A stretch of DNA of 64,000 nucleotides from Planctomycetota bacterium (GTDB lineage Bacteria; Planctomycetota; UBA1135; GCA-002748355), in the NCBI GenBank assembly GCA_027021385.1, contig JALUUL010000008.1, positions 87,469 to 151,468 on the forward strand, read 5' to 3'. The notes beneath the pieces were generated by a model. That model did not search any database. It was not told the origin of the DNA and was given only the letters and a program-made list of their open reading frames with translations. How positions within the stretch are numbered: position 1 is the stretch's first letter; every line of letters starts with the position of its first letter. Position numbers and translations under genes: made by a program. This document shows, one piece after another, positions 1 to 11,200 of the stretch.

Positions 1-12
1 CAAGGAGCGAAC

Positions 13-1185
13 ATGCGTTCCCTGTTCCCCACTCTTTCGATCGCAGCATTGCTTGCCGGCGGACTCGCCGCTCAGACCCGTACCATCGTCTCCCCGCCGG
101 TGAACAAGAACTCGGAGGGCGGTTCCTCGGACTACAGGCCCTTCAACATCGCGACCGCCAGCGCCACCTTCCGGAAGTACCACTGGCAGGAGGTCCATGA
201 CCTCGGCAAGACGACGATCGGCAAGATCGCCGGCATCTCCTATCGCCGTGACGGTTATGCCTACCCCGGAACCAAAAGTCCCGCGTACTACACCGACGCG
301 GAGATCGCGATCTCCACCGCGAAGACGACTTCGGCAACGATGTCCCGGACCTTCGCGAGTAACGACGGCACCGACAAGGTCGTCGTCATGGCCCGCAAGA
401 AGGTCAACTTCGCCCCCTTCCCTTACGTCGGCCAGACCGGCTCGGTCCAGCCCTTCTTCTTTTCGATGCCTTTCGACACCGCGAAGGTCCTCGTCTTCAA
501 GGGCGGCTCCCTCTGCGTCGACATCAAGGTCTACGACAACAACCTCTACGACGCGACGACCCGCACCTATAAGCGGATCTACTTCGACCGCGCCTACAAC
601 TCCACAGGAGGGCGGAGCATCCCGAGCCGGCGCGCCTGCTACGGGAGTGACAAGAACAACTATCTCCCGTTCTACGGTTTCGCCTACAACTACTATTACA
701 AAACCCAGAACAAGCTGCGGATGTACGCCTACAGCTACTACGGCCTGACCGGAGGCGCGGGCTTCTGGCTGATCACCGGCGCGGCGCTCCCGAACTCGGT
801 TCCTCTCCCGGGCAACTGCTACCTGCACGTCGATCTCAGCAAGATGATCCTGGCGGTCCCGGGTTCGGGGGTAGGCTACGGCGGCCGGAAGAGCACGACC
901 TACTACTACCCGCCCTACTCCGGCACGACCCGCCAGTACCTGGATCTCCCCTGGCAGAACAGCTTCAGGGGCGCCAAGCTCGCGTCGCAGATGTTCGGGA
1001 TCGACCCGCAGGCCAACAGCCTCGGCCTGACCTCGACGAACCTCGTCGACCTGAGCCTCCCGACCTATGATCCCAACGGACTCCCGCTCTCTTACACCTA
1101 CGCCTACGGAACCTTCTTCGGACGGACCTACGGGTACGGTCCCTTTAAGAGCGCAGGGCTCGTCACCCAGTTCAAATTGAACTGA
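13..1185 (+). CDS. Secreted Tyr/Thr/Gly-rich protein of unknown function (390 aa)
   Basis: Complete ATG..TGA ORF. Signal-like N-terminus MRSLFPTLSIAALLAGGLAAQ. Composition is realistic (Y, T, N, K rich), unlike the R/P-rich shadow ORFs 143..337(-) and 197..748(+). A perfect 12-bp hairpin follows. No family recognised. Confidence 0.6.
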   Translation: MRSLFPTLSIAALLAGGLAAQTRTIVSPPVNKNSEGGSSDYRPFNIATASATFRKYHWQEVHDLGKTTIGKIAGISYRRDGYAYPGTKSPAYYTDAEIAISTAKTTSATMSRTFASNDGTDKVVVMARKKVNFAPFPYVGQTGSVQPFFFSMPFDTAKVLVFKGGSLCVDIKVYDNNLYDATTRTYKRIYFDRAYNSTGGRSIPSRRACYGSDKNNYLPFYGFAYNYYYKTQNKLRMYAYSYYGLTGGAGFWLITGAALPNSVPLPGNCYLHVDLSKMILAVPGSGVGYGGRKSTTYYYPPYSGTTRQYLDLPWQNSFRGAKLASQMFGIDPQANSLGLTSTNLVDLSLPTYDPNGLPLSYTYAYGTFFGRTYGYGPFKSAGLVTQFKLN

Positions 1186-1209
1186 GAACGACTCCTCCTT
1201 CAGGAAGAA

Positions 1210-1238
1210 GAAGCGGGCGCCTCCTCGGCGCCCGCTTC
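1210..1238 (+). terminator. Intrinsic-terminator-like hairpin after the first gene
   Basis: GAAGCGGGCGCC (1210-1221), loop TCCTC, GGCGCCCGCTTC (1227-1238). Perfect 12-bp GC-rich stem 25 nt after the stop at 1185. Only a weak T run follows (gtacgTTTcg). Confidence 0.5.
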
Positions 1239-1528
1239 CATGTACGTTTCGAACCTGGAATGGACATCGGCCTCCTCCGCGTCCGGAGCTCCCTCCGCTG
1301 ACCCCATCGCCGTCCTCCCCTGCGCCGGAAGCCCGCCTTCCGCCCCGGGGCCCCTTCCGCCGAGGAGTCCTTCTCGATCTCCTTCGTCCCTCTCTTCCGC
1401 ATGGTCCTGTGGAGTAGGCCGGTTAGGATTCCCCGAAGATCACGCCTTGCAGGTCCGCCCCATCTTCCCCGAAGATGGAATCTGCAGCCCCCCTTCATCA
1501 GGGCCCAGAGAGGACAGGAAGAATACGC

Positions 1529-2590
1529 ATGGAGACCCCGAACGACCGCGACCTCGCGCCCCAGGACATCGAAAAGGTCAAACGGCTCAAGGAAGCCTAC
1601 GGCAGGCTGAAAGACGAGATCTCCAAGGTGATCGTCGGTCAGGACGAAGTCCTCGAACAACTCTTCATCAGTCTTTTCTCCAAGGGCCACGCCCTTCTCG
1701 TCGGAGTCCCGGGGCTGGCCAAGACCCTGATGATTTCTTCCCTCGCGAAGGTCCTCGACCTCAGTTTCCACAGGATCCAGTTCACGCCGGATCTGATGCC
1801 CGCGGACATCACCGGCACCGAGGTCATCCAGGAGGACAAGGCAAGCGGGACCCGGGCCTTCAAATTCCTGAAGGGGCCGATCTTCGCCAACGTCATTCTC
1901 GCCGACGAGATCAACCGGACTCCGCCGAAGACCCAGGCCGCCCTCCTCGAATCCATGCAGGAGCACCAGGTCACCGTCGGGGGGGAACGCTATCCGCTCG
2001 AGGAGCCTTTCTTCGTCCTCGCGACACAGAACCCGATCGAGCAGGAAGGGACCTACCCCCTTCCCGAGGCCCAACTGGACCGCTTCATGTTCATGATCCA
2101 GGTCGGATACCCGTCCCTGGAGGAGGAACGGGAGATCCTTCGCCGGACGACCGAGACCCGGGAGGCCCGGGTCGAAACCGTCCTCCACGGGAACGAGATC
2201 CTGGAGTTGCAGGAAATCGTGCGCAGGGTCCCGATCGCCGATCAGGTCTTGAACTACGCGCTCCGCCTGACCCGTGCGACCCGCCTGAACGATCCCGCGG
2301 CCCCCTCCTTCATCAAGGAACTCCTCAGCTGGGGCGCCGGACCGAGAGCCAGCCAATACCTCGTGATCGCCGCGAAGGCCAAGGCCATCCTCGAGGGGCG
2401 CTTCCATGTCTCCGCCGAAGACATCCAGGCGGTCGTCCACCCCGTTCTCCGGCACAGGATCATCACGAACTTCAGCGCGGAGGCGGAAGGAATCCGCTCC
2501 GACGACGTCATCGACCGTCTCGTGGACTCCATCGACCCGAACGAAAGCGAGGCCCTCGCCGACGGAAAACTTCCCGGGATCCTGAACTGA
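1529..2590 (+). CDS. MoxR-class AAA+ ATPase
   Basis: Walker A GVPGLAKT, Walker [34 protein letters not shown] 1529 (METPNDRD) is preceded by AGGAAG. The tracked upstream start at 1475 is less likely. Confidence 0.9.
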   Translation: METPNDRDLAPQDIEKVKRLKEAYGRLKDEISKVIVGQDEVLEQLFISLFSKGHALLVGVPGLAKTLMISSLAKVLDLSFHRIQFTPDLMPADITGTEVIQEDKASGTRAFKFLKGPIFANVILADEINRTPPKTQAALLESMQEHQVTVGGERYPLEEPFFVLATQNPIEQEGTYPLPEAQLDRFMFMIQVGYPSLEEEREILRRTTETREARVETVLHGNEILELQEIVRRVPIADQVLNYALRLTRATRLNDPAAPSFIKELLSWGAGPRASQYLVIAAKAKAILEGRFHVSAEDIQAVVHPVLRHRIITNFSAEAEGIRSDDVIDRLVDSIDPNESEALADGKLPGILN

Positions 2591-2591
2591 G

Positions 2592-3518
2592 ATGGAAAAG
2601 GGATTCGGCACGGCGAGGCTCCGATCCGATTACCTCGATCCGAAGGTCCTGGACCGGATCGACAAGCTCGAACTCCGCGCGCGACTCGTAGTCGAGGGCT
2701 TCGTCTCGGGGATGCATCGGTCCCCCTACCGGGGTTTCTCCGTGGAGTTCGCCCAGCACCGGGAATACGTCCCCGGCGACGACATCCGCTTCGTGGACTG
2801 GAAGGTCTTCGCGAAGTCGGACCGGATCTACATCAAGGAGTTCGAGGAGGAGACCAACCTCAAGGCCCATGTCTTCGTCGACTCGAGCGAATCCATGGAA
2901 TACGGCGAGGAACGCTCGAAGTTCGACTACGCGGCGACTCTCGCGGCCTCCCTGGCCTTCCTCGTCCTCCGGCAAAGGGATTCCGTGGGTCTCGCGCTCT
3001 TCGACGAGACGACGGTTCGCCAGATCCCCCCCAGCAACAGCCGGGCGCAGCTCGGGGCTTTCGTCCAGGCCCTTTCCGAATCCCGGCCCGACGGAAAAAC
3101 GAGGGTCGGGAAGGTCCTCCATGAAGTCGCGGAGAGGATCGGGAACAAGGGGCTCATCATCATCATCTCCGACCTCTTCGACGAACCCGAAGGCGTGGAA
3201 TCGGGGATCCGGCACCTGAGGCACCGAGGGCATGATGTCCTCCTCTTCCACCTGATGGATCGAGACGAGGTCGATTTCCCCTTCCAGAGGATGACTCTCT
3301 TCCAGGGGATGGAGTCCATGCCGCGCCTTCTCGTCGACCCGAAGTCCCTCCGCGAGGCCTACCTCAAGGAAGTCCGGAAACACGAGGACAGGATCCGCAA
3401 GGCTTGCCTCTCGATGAAAGTGGACTACCAGAAGATCGTGACCGATCAGTTTCTGGATGTCGCCCTGGGGACCTATCTGGCGAAGCGGGCCTCCATGACA
3501 CGCGCGGCGAAACGATGA
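2592..3518 (+). CDS. DUF58 family protein (vWA-like, MoxR-associated)
   Basis: Signature RSPYRGFSVEFAQHREYVPGDDIRFVDWK and MIDAS-like VFVDSSESM. Start lies 2 nt after the moxR-like stop. Confidence 0.85.
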   Translation: MEKGFGTARLRSDYLDPKVLDRIDKLELRARLVVEGFVSGMHRSPYRGFSVEFAQHREYVPGDDIRFVDWKVFAKSDRIYIKEFEEETNLKAHVFVDSSESMEYGEERSKFDYAATLAASLAFLVLRQRDSVGLALFDETTVRQIPPSNSRAQLGAFVQALSESRPDGKTRVGKVLHEVAERIGNKGLIIIISDLFDEPEGVESGIRHLRHRGHDVLLFHLMDRDEVDFPFQRMTLFQGMESMPRLLVDPKSLREAYLKEVRKHEDRIRKACLSMKVDYQKIVTDQFLDVALGTYLAKRASMTRAAKR

Positions 3519-3531
3519 GAACGGGCGGGCC

Positions 3532-5829
3532 ATGAGCTTCCTTCATCCGGGTTTCCTGGCCCTGACGGCTCTCTTCTCCGTTCCCCTCCTCATCCATCTC
3601 CTGAACAGACGCCGGTATCAGGTCAGGGCCTGGGCGGCGATGGAATTCCTCCTCAGAGCCTTCAGGGAGAATCGCCGCCGCCTCCGGATGGAGAACCTCC
3701 TCCTCCTGCTTCTTCGTTGCCTCATCCCCGTCCTTCTGGCCCTCGCCATCGCACGGCCGAGGCTCGGGGGGGGCGGCGGGAACCTCGCGGACCACGGACT
3801 CGGAAAACACCACATCCTGGTCCTCGATCGTTCCTACAGCATGGGTGTGCTCGGGCCGGGAGGGATTCGCCCCTTCGACCGCGCCCTCCGGCAAGTTCGG
3901 GACCTCGCCGCAGAGGTTTCGCGCCAGAGGGGCAACCGATTGAGCCTCGTTCTCATGGACGGAAGGGCGACGGTCCCTTTGCGCGGGACTCTCGACCTTC
4001 CCGCGAGCCGGAAGGCCCTTCTCTCCCTAGAGGGGCCGAGTGACGGCCGGGCGGTCTACCTTCCGGTCCTGGACCAGGTACGCGAACTCGCCTCCGCCTT
4101 CGAGGAGCCCGCGGTCCTCCACTGGTGGTCCGATTTCCAGATCCGGGACCTGAGCGGGGCAACCCCCCCCTCCCCTTCCCCCACGGGGAAGCCGAAAAGC
4201 GGAAGCTCCGGACCCCTCACCGAAACGATCGTCGACGCCTACCGAGACCTTCTCGATGCCGGAGTGGAGGTCCACTTCCACCCGGTCCGCCCCACCGGAA
4301 AGGACCTGGAGAACGCCTCCGTCGCAAGCCTTTCCCTCGATCCGGGAAACGCCATCGTCGATTCGATCTGCAATCTCAGGGTCGTCCTCGCCTTCCGGGG
4401 GAGAACCCCTCGGGGAACCACGATCCGTCTCCTGATCGACGGCAAGGAACCCAGGACACGCTCCGTGACCCTGCGTCCCGGCCGTGAAGTCGAGGTCGAT
4501 TTCCCGATCCGTTTTCGAACCGAGGGGGATCACCTCCTCTCGGCGGTCCTGGAAGGAGACGCTCTCCCCGCGGACGATCGGCGGGATTTCGTCGTTCGGG
4601 CCCGGAAACGGATCCGAATCCTTCTCGTGAAGGGCGGAGAGGAGGAAGAGGATCCGATCCTCTCGAGGGCCTTTCTATTCGAGAAACTCTGCCGCCCGGA
4701 CCCCACCGCAAAGGATCCGGGGCTGCTCGTCTTCGACCCCGTCACGATCACCGAGGATCGTTTCCAAGCCGATCCTGGGATGATCGACCCCTTCGACGTC
4801 GTGGCCCTGATCGACGTCTCGGGCCCCCGGGAGCGCGCGGCGGTCCGTCTCGAACGATGGGTGAGATCGGGGGGCGGGCTCTTGATCGTTCCGGGACCGG
4901 ACAGCGTCGCCGATCTCTACAATCTGCGGCTCTTCGGAAAGAGGGGGGATCGAGGACCTCTTCCGCTCCGCCTCCTCTCGCCAAGGGGGGAAACGAGACG
5001 CCTCGAGGATCCAGACCCCGGAATTCGGCCGCGCATTCTCGATGTCGACTCGCCCTTGCTCTCGGACTTCACGGAGGGTGGGCTCGGAAAGATTCTCGAA
5101 GCAACCCCGATCAACAGGTATTGGGGGGTTTCCACCCTCGATGCTCCAGAAACCACATCTGTCCCGGTGGGGATCTTCGATCCCTCCGCCGCAAGCGAAC
5201 GGGAAGTCCTCCTGGCGGAGCGCTCCTATGGGCGGGGGCGCGCGATCCTGCTCACTTCGAATCTCAGTCGCAGGCCCGACCGCTGGAATCATCTCGATGA
5301 CCTCTGGATTTCCCTGCCGCTCATCCACTCGATCATGCACCGACTGGCCGCGAGGGATCCCGGGGAGCGCAATCTGACGGTCGGGGATCCCCTTTCGACC
5401 TGGTTCGCGAAAATCCCCTCGACCGTCTCGCTCCTCGACCCCGCGGGTGAGCGCAATCCTCTTCCTCTTCCGGATCCCGCCTCGGGGGACCCGTTCAAGG
5501 GCTGGATCCTGCCTCCCTACAAAGGGACATGGCGCTCCGGCCCCTATCGCCTGGAAATCCGGTGGGCCCGTCCTTCCCTCGACGAGGAGACGCGCCTTTT
5601 CGCGCTCCGTCCCGATACGAGGGAGGGGGATCTCTCCTACGTGGATGCGAAACTCCTCGCCCGGGAAATCCCAGGATCGCGGATTCTCGAAGGACTCACC
5701 CTCGGTGACCGGACCGAGACTTCGGCCGCCGGCAGCGGAGAACTTGGAAGGTTCCTCCTTCTCGCAACCTTGGGATTCGCAGTGATCGAAGCCCTGCTCG
5801 CCGGTCTGCTGGGCAGGAGGCGGCTTTGA
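3532..5829 (+). CDS. BatA-like membrane protein (N-terminal double-TM aerotolerance-regulator-type domain, vWA, GATase1/ThuA-like module)
   Basis: N-terminus FLHPGFLALTALFSVPLLIHLLNRRR. MIDAS-like ILVLDRSYSM. RILLVKGG...FDVVALIDV...GGGLLIVPG. C-terminal TM FLLLATLGFAVIEALLAGLL. Confidence 0.8.
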   Translation: MSFLHPGFLALTALFSVPLLIHLLNRRRYQVRAWAAMEFLLRAFRENRRRLRMENLLLLLLRCLIPVLLALAIARPRLGGGGGNLADHGLGKHHILVLDRSYSMGVLGPGGIRPFDRALRQVRDLAAEVSRQRGNRLSLVLMDGRATVPLRGTLDLPASRKALLSLEGPSDGRAVYLPVLDQVRELASAFEEPAVLHWWSDFQIRDLSGATPPSPSPTGKPKSGSSGPLTETIVDAYRDLLDAGVEVHFHPVRPTGKDLENASVASLSLDPGNAIVDSICNLRVVLAFRGRTPRGTTIRLLIDGKEPRTRSVTLRPGREVEVDFPIRFRTEGDHLLSAVLEGDALPADDRRDFVVRARKRIRILLVKGGEEEEDPILSRAFLFEKLCRPDPTAKDPGLLVFDPVTITEDRFQADPGMIDPFDVVALIDVSGPRERAAVRLERWVRSGGGLLIVPGPDSVADLYNLRLFGKRGDRGPLPLRLLSPRGETRRLEDPDPGIRPRILDVDSPLLSDFTEGGLGKILEATPINRYWGVSTLDAPETTSVPVGIFDPSAASEREVLLAERSYGRGRAILLTSNLSRRPDRWNHLDDLWISLPLIHSIMHRLAARDPGERNLTVGDPLSTWFAKIPSTVSLLDPAGERNPLPLPDPASGDPFKGWILPPYKGTWRSGPYRLEIRWARPSLDEETRLFALRPDTREGDLSYVDAKLLAREIPGSRILEGLTLGDRTETSAAGSGELGRFLLLATLGFAVIEALLAGLLGRRRL

Positions 5830-8276
5830 TGATTCCGCTGCCTCCGGCCTTCCTCTCCTTCCTCCCTCCGAGCCAGGCTCCGGCCCTGGAACTTAGCCGG
5901 CGATGGACCTGGCTCTCACCGATCCCCGCATGGGTCTTCGTTCTTCTGATCGTCCCCTCCCTCGCCGGGATCGCATGGTGGTCCTACCGGCGGGAAAGGG
6001 ATCTCCCCCGGAATCGGAAATCGGTCCTCGCCGTTCTGCGTTTTCTCGGCCTCCTCCTCCTCCTTGTCGCTTCGCTCCGACCCGCCCTGGAATCGACGAA
6101 ATCCGTCAGGATCCGAAACGAGATCCATTTCCTCCTCGACGACTCCGCTTCCATGAGCCGGCACGAGGTCTACGCCTCAAAGCGCAGGGACGAACTCCAG
6201 GCCGCCCTCGGAAAGACCGGCCTGGAGAACCTCTCTTCCTTTTCCCGCGCCGAACTCGCGGGCCTCCTCCTTTCGCCCGACTCACCGACTCTTCCCGGAG
6301 GAAGACTCGCCAGGGGCCTCGCCTCCAAGTTCGACCTCCGCTGGTTCCGCTTCTCGACTCATCCCTCCCCGATCACGGGTCCTGAGGACCTCGAGGCGAA
6401 GGGAAGGGAGACCCGGATCGGGGATTCCCTGGAACTCCATCTCTCGAGATCGATGGCCGAGGGAGGGAGGCTCGAATCCCTCATCCTGGTGACCGACGGC
6501 AGGAACACCGGAGGGCTTCCCCCCCTCGAGGCAGCCGCGAGATACAAATCCGCGGAAATCCCGATCCATGTCCTGGGTGTCGGAGATCCCGACAGCGACA
6601 AGAACCTGAGTCTTTCGGGGCCACCAGGCCCCAAGGAGGTTCTGGTCGGAGAGGAAGCGGAGTTCGAATGCACGATCGAAGCCTCGGGACTCGAGAGAAC
6701 GCAGGGGGAGCTGAACCTCGAGATCGCGGAATGGCCGTCGGATCGCCCCGCCCCCTCGAGGGGGGTGGTCTCCGAATCCGCCGGGATCACATGCCCCTCG
6801 AACGGCAAGGAACTTCGTGTCACTCTCCGGCATCGCTTCGAGAAACCGGGAGACTATCTCCTGACTTTCCGGGTTCCCCCCCTCCCCGGGGAATCCAACC
6901 CCGAGGACAATGTCGTCCGAAGGTACTTGCGGGTAGATCCCAACCGCATCCTCGTCCTCTACCTCGAAGACCGACCTCGGTGGGAATACCGCTATCTCGA
7001 GAGGGCCTTGAAGAGAGTCGACGAGAGCATCCGTTTCCAGGCCCTTCTCTTCGAAGGTTCTCCCTTCGCCCAGCAATCCTCGAAGGACCTTCCTCCTCTG
7101 ACCGCGCTGCCGAGGACACGCAAGGAACTTTTCCGCTACCACGTCGTTCTGCTCGGGGACGTCGACCCCCGTCATCTCGGGGACACCGAAGAGGAACGAT
7201 CCTCCTGGTTGGAACTGTTGAGGGATTTCGTCGAACATGGAGGCGGCTTGGGCCTCATCTCCGGCTCCACCCACATGCCGGAGAGTTACCGCGGCACGCT
7301 TCTCGAGGACCTCCTTCCCGTGGTTCTCGGAAGATTCGGAGAGGATGAGGAAATTCCACTCGCCTCCGGGAAACCCTTTTCCCCCGCCCTCGAGAATCCG
7401 GAACGCCCCCACCCGACCGTCCGCCTTTCCCGATTCCCCCTTGAAAACAAGCGCATCTGGGATTCCCGCTTGCCCCCTCTCTACTGGTACTATCCGGTAT
7501 TGCGGGCGAAGGCAGGGGCCACCGTCATTCTCAGGCATCCCCGTGACGGGAACCGATACGGGAAGCGAGTCTTGACGGCAATCGCGCCCTACCCCGAAGG
7601 ACAGGTCTGGTTCAGCGCGATCGACAGCACCTGGCGTTGGCGGAAATTGTACGGGGAGAAATACCAGGACAGGTATTGGCGGAATGTCGTCCGAACCCTG
7701 GCCGAGACCAAACTTCGAAGGAAGGACGACAGGATCGAACTCAGACTGAACCGGGAATCCGTGGTCCTCGGCTCGAGAGTCACCGTCTCCCTGAAACTCC
7801 TTGACGAGGATTACGCCCCCGTGATCGCCAAGGAAGCTCGAATCCATATCCGGAAGCCTGACAGGTCGATCGTCTCGAAGATCCTTCTTCCGGTCGAGGA
7901 TCGCCCCGGCCTGTTCGAGGGAGTGGTCCCCGCGGAAGCGCAGGGAATGTATTCCTTCCTGTTCTACAAGGACGGAGTCCCCTCCGGTCCACCCCGGGCC
8001 CGGAGGGATCTGACCGTCCTCCTCCCACGCAAGGAACTCGCACGGGTCGGCTTGGACGAGAGCGGGCTGAAGAAGCTTGCAAAGGCCTCGGGAGGGACCT
8101 ATCGGCCCCTCTCCCGTCTGGGAGAATTGCTACCCCTTCTCGCCGAGCAGGGCGGCGGCACCAAGATCCTCGAGAGGAAGGTCCGGGAGATCTGGGATTC
8201 GATCTGGATGTTCCTGCTCGTATTCGCCCTCTTCACGATCGAATGGATCCTCCGCAAGCGCTGGCGTCTCGTATGA
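5829..8276 (+). CDS. Membrane vWA protein with GATase1-like (DUF1355-type) module
   Basis: ATG 5829 (or TTG 5826) overlaps the upstream stop (TGATG). N-terminal TM segments. MIDAS-like FLLDDSASM. ILVLYLEDRPRWEYRYL...YHVVLLGDV...HGGGLGLISG. C-terminal TM IWMFLLVFALFTIEWIL. Confidence 0.75.
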   Translation: MIPLPPAFLSFLPPSQAPALELSRRWTWLSPIPAWVFVLLIVPSLAGIAWWSYRRERDLPRNRKSVLAVLRFLGLLLLLVASLRPALESTKSVRIRNEIHFLLDDSASMSRHEVYASKRRDELQAALGKTGLENLSSFSRAELAGLLLSPDSPTLPGGRLARGLASKFDLRWFRFSTHPSPITGPEDLEAKGRETRIGDSLELHLSRSMAEGGRLESLILVTDGRNTGGLPPLEAAARYKSAEIPIHVLGVGDPDSDKNLSLSGPPGPKEVLVGEEAEFECTIEASGLERTQGELNLEIAEWPSDRPAPSRGVVSESAGITCPSNGKELRVTLRHRFEKPGDYLLTFRVPPLPGESNPEDNVVRRYLRVDPNRILVLYLEDRPRWEYRYLERALKRVDESIRFQALLFEGSPFAQQSSKDLPPLTALPRTRKELFRYHVVLLGDVDPRHLGDTEEERSSWLELLRDFVEHGGGLGLISGSTHMPESYRGTLLEDLLPVVLGRFGEDEEIPLASGKPFSPALENPERPHPTVRLSRFPLENKRIWDSRLPPLYWYYPVLRAKAGATVILRHPRDGNRYGKRVLTAIAPYPEGQVWFSAIDSTWRWRKLYGEKYQDRYWRNVVRTLAETKLRRKDDRIELRLNRESVVLGSRVTVSLKLLDEDYAPVIAKEARIHIRKPDRSIVSKILLPVEDRPGLFEGVVPAEAQGMYSFLFYKDGVPSGPPRARRDLTVLLPRKELARVGLDESGLKKLAKASGGTYRPLSRLGELLPLLAEQGGGTKILERKVREIWDSIWMFLLVFALFTIEWILRKRWRLV

Positions 8277-11200
8277 TGCTCAGGTCCCAGGAACTCCGAT
8301 CCCCGGTCTTCCCCGGCTCCGGAAGCGGTGCCTGCTTCCCCTTTCTCGTCCTGGGCCTCCTGCTTCCCGCTTCTCCGTCTCCTTCCCAGAATCGTGCCCT
8401 TTTTTCGGTCGCCCAGGACGAAGGTCGATCCCGGCGATACGCGGAGGCCAAACGGCTCCTTGACCACGGGAAATACGCCTCGGCGATCGGCCTCCTCCGC
8501 GAAGTCCTGGAGAGTTCCTCTTCCGCCGTGACCCGTTCCCCGGATGGGGGGTATCTCGGCCTGCGCTACCTCGCCAGGGAGACTCTGGCCCGTCTTCCCG
8601 GCGAAGCCGCCTCCATCTACGAGGACCTTGCGAAAGGAACTGCGAAACTCCTTCTTCCCGATGCCCTGATTGCTCCCGAAGGCGGTTCCTTCCAACGGCT
8701 CAGGGAGAGCTATCCGGGGACCCGGGCCGCGGAGACCGCCCTTGCGGCCGGGGGCCTGCGATACCTGGAGCAAGGCCGGGTCGTCCGAGCCTGGCACCTT
8801 TTCTCCTCGCTCTCTTCCCTGTATCGATCCCCGTCTGGAGAGTCGGGGAGGCTGATCTGCAGGAGGCTCCTGAGCCTTCCTCTTCCATCGAGGTCCTTAG
8901 GCCCGGACATGGAACTCCCCTTCGCCGGGAGAAACCGCCCGTTACGAAGTGTTCTGCGGGCCCTCTCATCGACATCCCCCCTCCCGCTCCCGGCTTCTGG
9001 AGTCCTCGGCGGAGGGATCGAAGGGTCCCACCCTTCCCCGGCCCCTCTCGAACCGGTCACAACCGCCTGGAGCAGGAAGATCCCGACCCTGACCTTCTTC
9101 AACTGGAACATTCTCCCGGTAACCGACGGAAAACGTGTCTACCTCAACACGGGAACGGGGATTCACTGCCTCGATCTGTTGACCGGACGTACCTGCTGGT
9201 CATTTCAGGGACCGCTTCACGAAGAACCCTCCTCCGGGGATTTCCTCGCGAGCATCTCCCCCCACCAGATCCAGGTCGTGGGTTTCGGAAAAGGGCTCGT
9301 CGTCGCATCCATCCAGGTTCCCAAGATCCCCGACATCGCGAAGGAGAACACCGAGTTCAACGGGATCCCCGTCATGAGAAGGCTGCCCGTGCGGCGGTTG
9401 TTCGCCTTCGAGGCCGATTCCGGGCGTCTCATCTGGTCGCATTGGGATCCGGAAAAGGACCCTCCCAAGGGCTTCGAGGATGCCGTCATGGACGTGAGCG
9501 GCCCGCCGCTCGTCGTGGGCGACACGGTCTACGTGCCGACCCACAAACAACTGGGGACGATCGCGTTCTATGTCTCCGCCTTCGATCTCGAATCCGGGTC
9601 GCTCCGATGGAAGACCCTGATCTGCAGTTCCCAGGTCGAAGTCAATATGTTCGGGAACGCCTACTGGGAGCATGCCGCTTCCCCCCTGGCCTGCTCCGAC
9701 GGTTTCCTTTTCGGAACGACCAATCTCGGTCTCGCATTCTCTCTTTCCCTGGAAGACGGCGCGATCCGCTGGCTCCGGCCCTACGAGATCATCCCCCTCC
9801 CCCCCGCGCAGATGATTCCACAGGCCAGGGAGGTGTACTGGGGAAACAACCCCCCGATCGCTCACGGGGAGACGGTAGTCATGACTCCCCTGGACAGCGT
9901 GAATGCACTCTGTTTCGACAGGGGAACAGGGAAGATTCTTTGGGAAATGCCCTTCCTCGTTCCCGATTCCCAGCTCGGACGCTCCTATCCGATGAAATGG
10001 ATGCTCGGGATCCGGGAAAGCCGCCTCTGGTTCTCCGGAGACGGCCTTGCCTCCTTGGCCTTAGAAGGAACGAGGCGTTTCCAGCGCAGGGCGAGGCTCG
10101 TCTCCTCCGCATCCCGCCTCGGCATCCGACAGATCGAGGATCGATCCAGGATGCCGAGGGGCATCCTCACATCGAGGGGGGCTCTCCTGCCGACCGCCAC
10201 AGTGGGGATCCTCAGTCTCGATGTGGAAGGGAAGATCAGACCGGGATCCCCGTCCCTCCGGAATCAGACGGGGAACCTTTGCTCCTCCCGGGGAATCCTG
10301 GTCACCGTTCAACCCCTCTCTCAATCCCACCGCATCCTCGTCAAGGGGCTGTATTCCTTCAAGGCCCTGATCGACCGGGCTCGCAACAAGGTGCGCAAAC
10401 ACCCCGGCTCCCCGGAGTTCCATCTCGAACTCGCCGAGCTGATCGCCTCCCGGCCCGACACTTCCCCGGCGATCGAACAACAGGCCCTGGCCGGCTATCG
10501 AAAGGCCCTTCTCCTTTGGAAACGTAGAGGTACGAGCTCTACCCGCCCGAACTTCCAGCGTGCGATTCTAGGCCTCTTCCGGCTCGAACTCAGGATCGGA
10601 AGGAGACTCCAGAGGATCGATCTCCGCGCCGCATCCGGCCATCTTTGGGAGGCCTACGAGGCTTCGAGGAAGCTTACCCCGGACTCTTCGAAGCTGGAGG
10701 AAATCCTGGACCTCCACGAACTCCTTCTCCGTTCCTCTCTGTCCGCGGAACGAAAGGAGGAAATCCTTCGATCTCTCCGGGATCGATTCCCGGACACGAT
10801 CCATGACTTCCAGGGTTTCGGCCCGATTCCCGCGGGTTTGTATGCCGCCTGGTTGCGGATGAAAGGAATCCCTGAAACGAGATCCGCGGCCAGGGGGCTC
10901 GCCACCCTCCTCCAGGAGATCCTGGAAAAATGGGGAGGGATCACGATGCGCACGGGCAAGGTTCGCGACCTCGTCCTCGTGAGGCTTCAAGACCTCATCC
11001 GGAAGTTCGGCCCGGAGGTGTACGCACACATCGAACGGAGGGCGCGAAAGCTTCTCGATGCTTCGAAGGATGATCCGGCGGCCCTCCGCTCCATCCTCCG
11101 TTCCTTCCCCCTGACGAAGACCGCGAAGGAAGCCCTGCTCTCCCTCGCCTCCCTTTCGGCGAGGAACGGGGATTTCGCCGCGGTTCTCGATGCTTACGGA

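Noticed and set aside
3766-4180. Homopolymer runs (G8 near 3766-3775, C8 near 4166-4173) inside the BatA-like gene as possible phase-variation tracts
   Set aside because: Both sit in frame, encoding Gly and Pro runs, in DNA where such runs are expected from composition. There is no evidence of frameshifted alternative ORFs.
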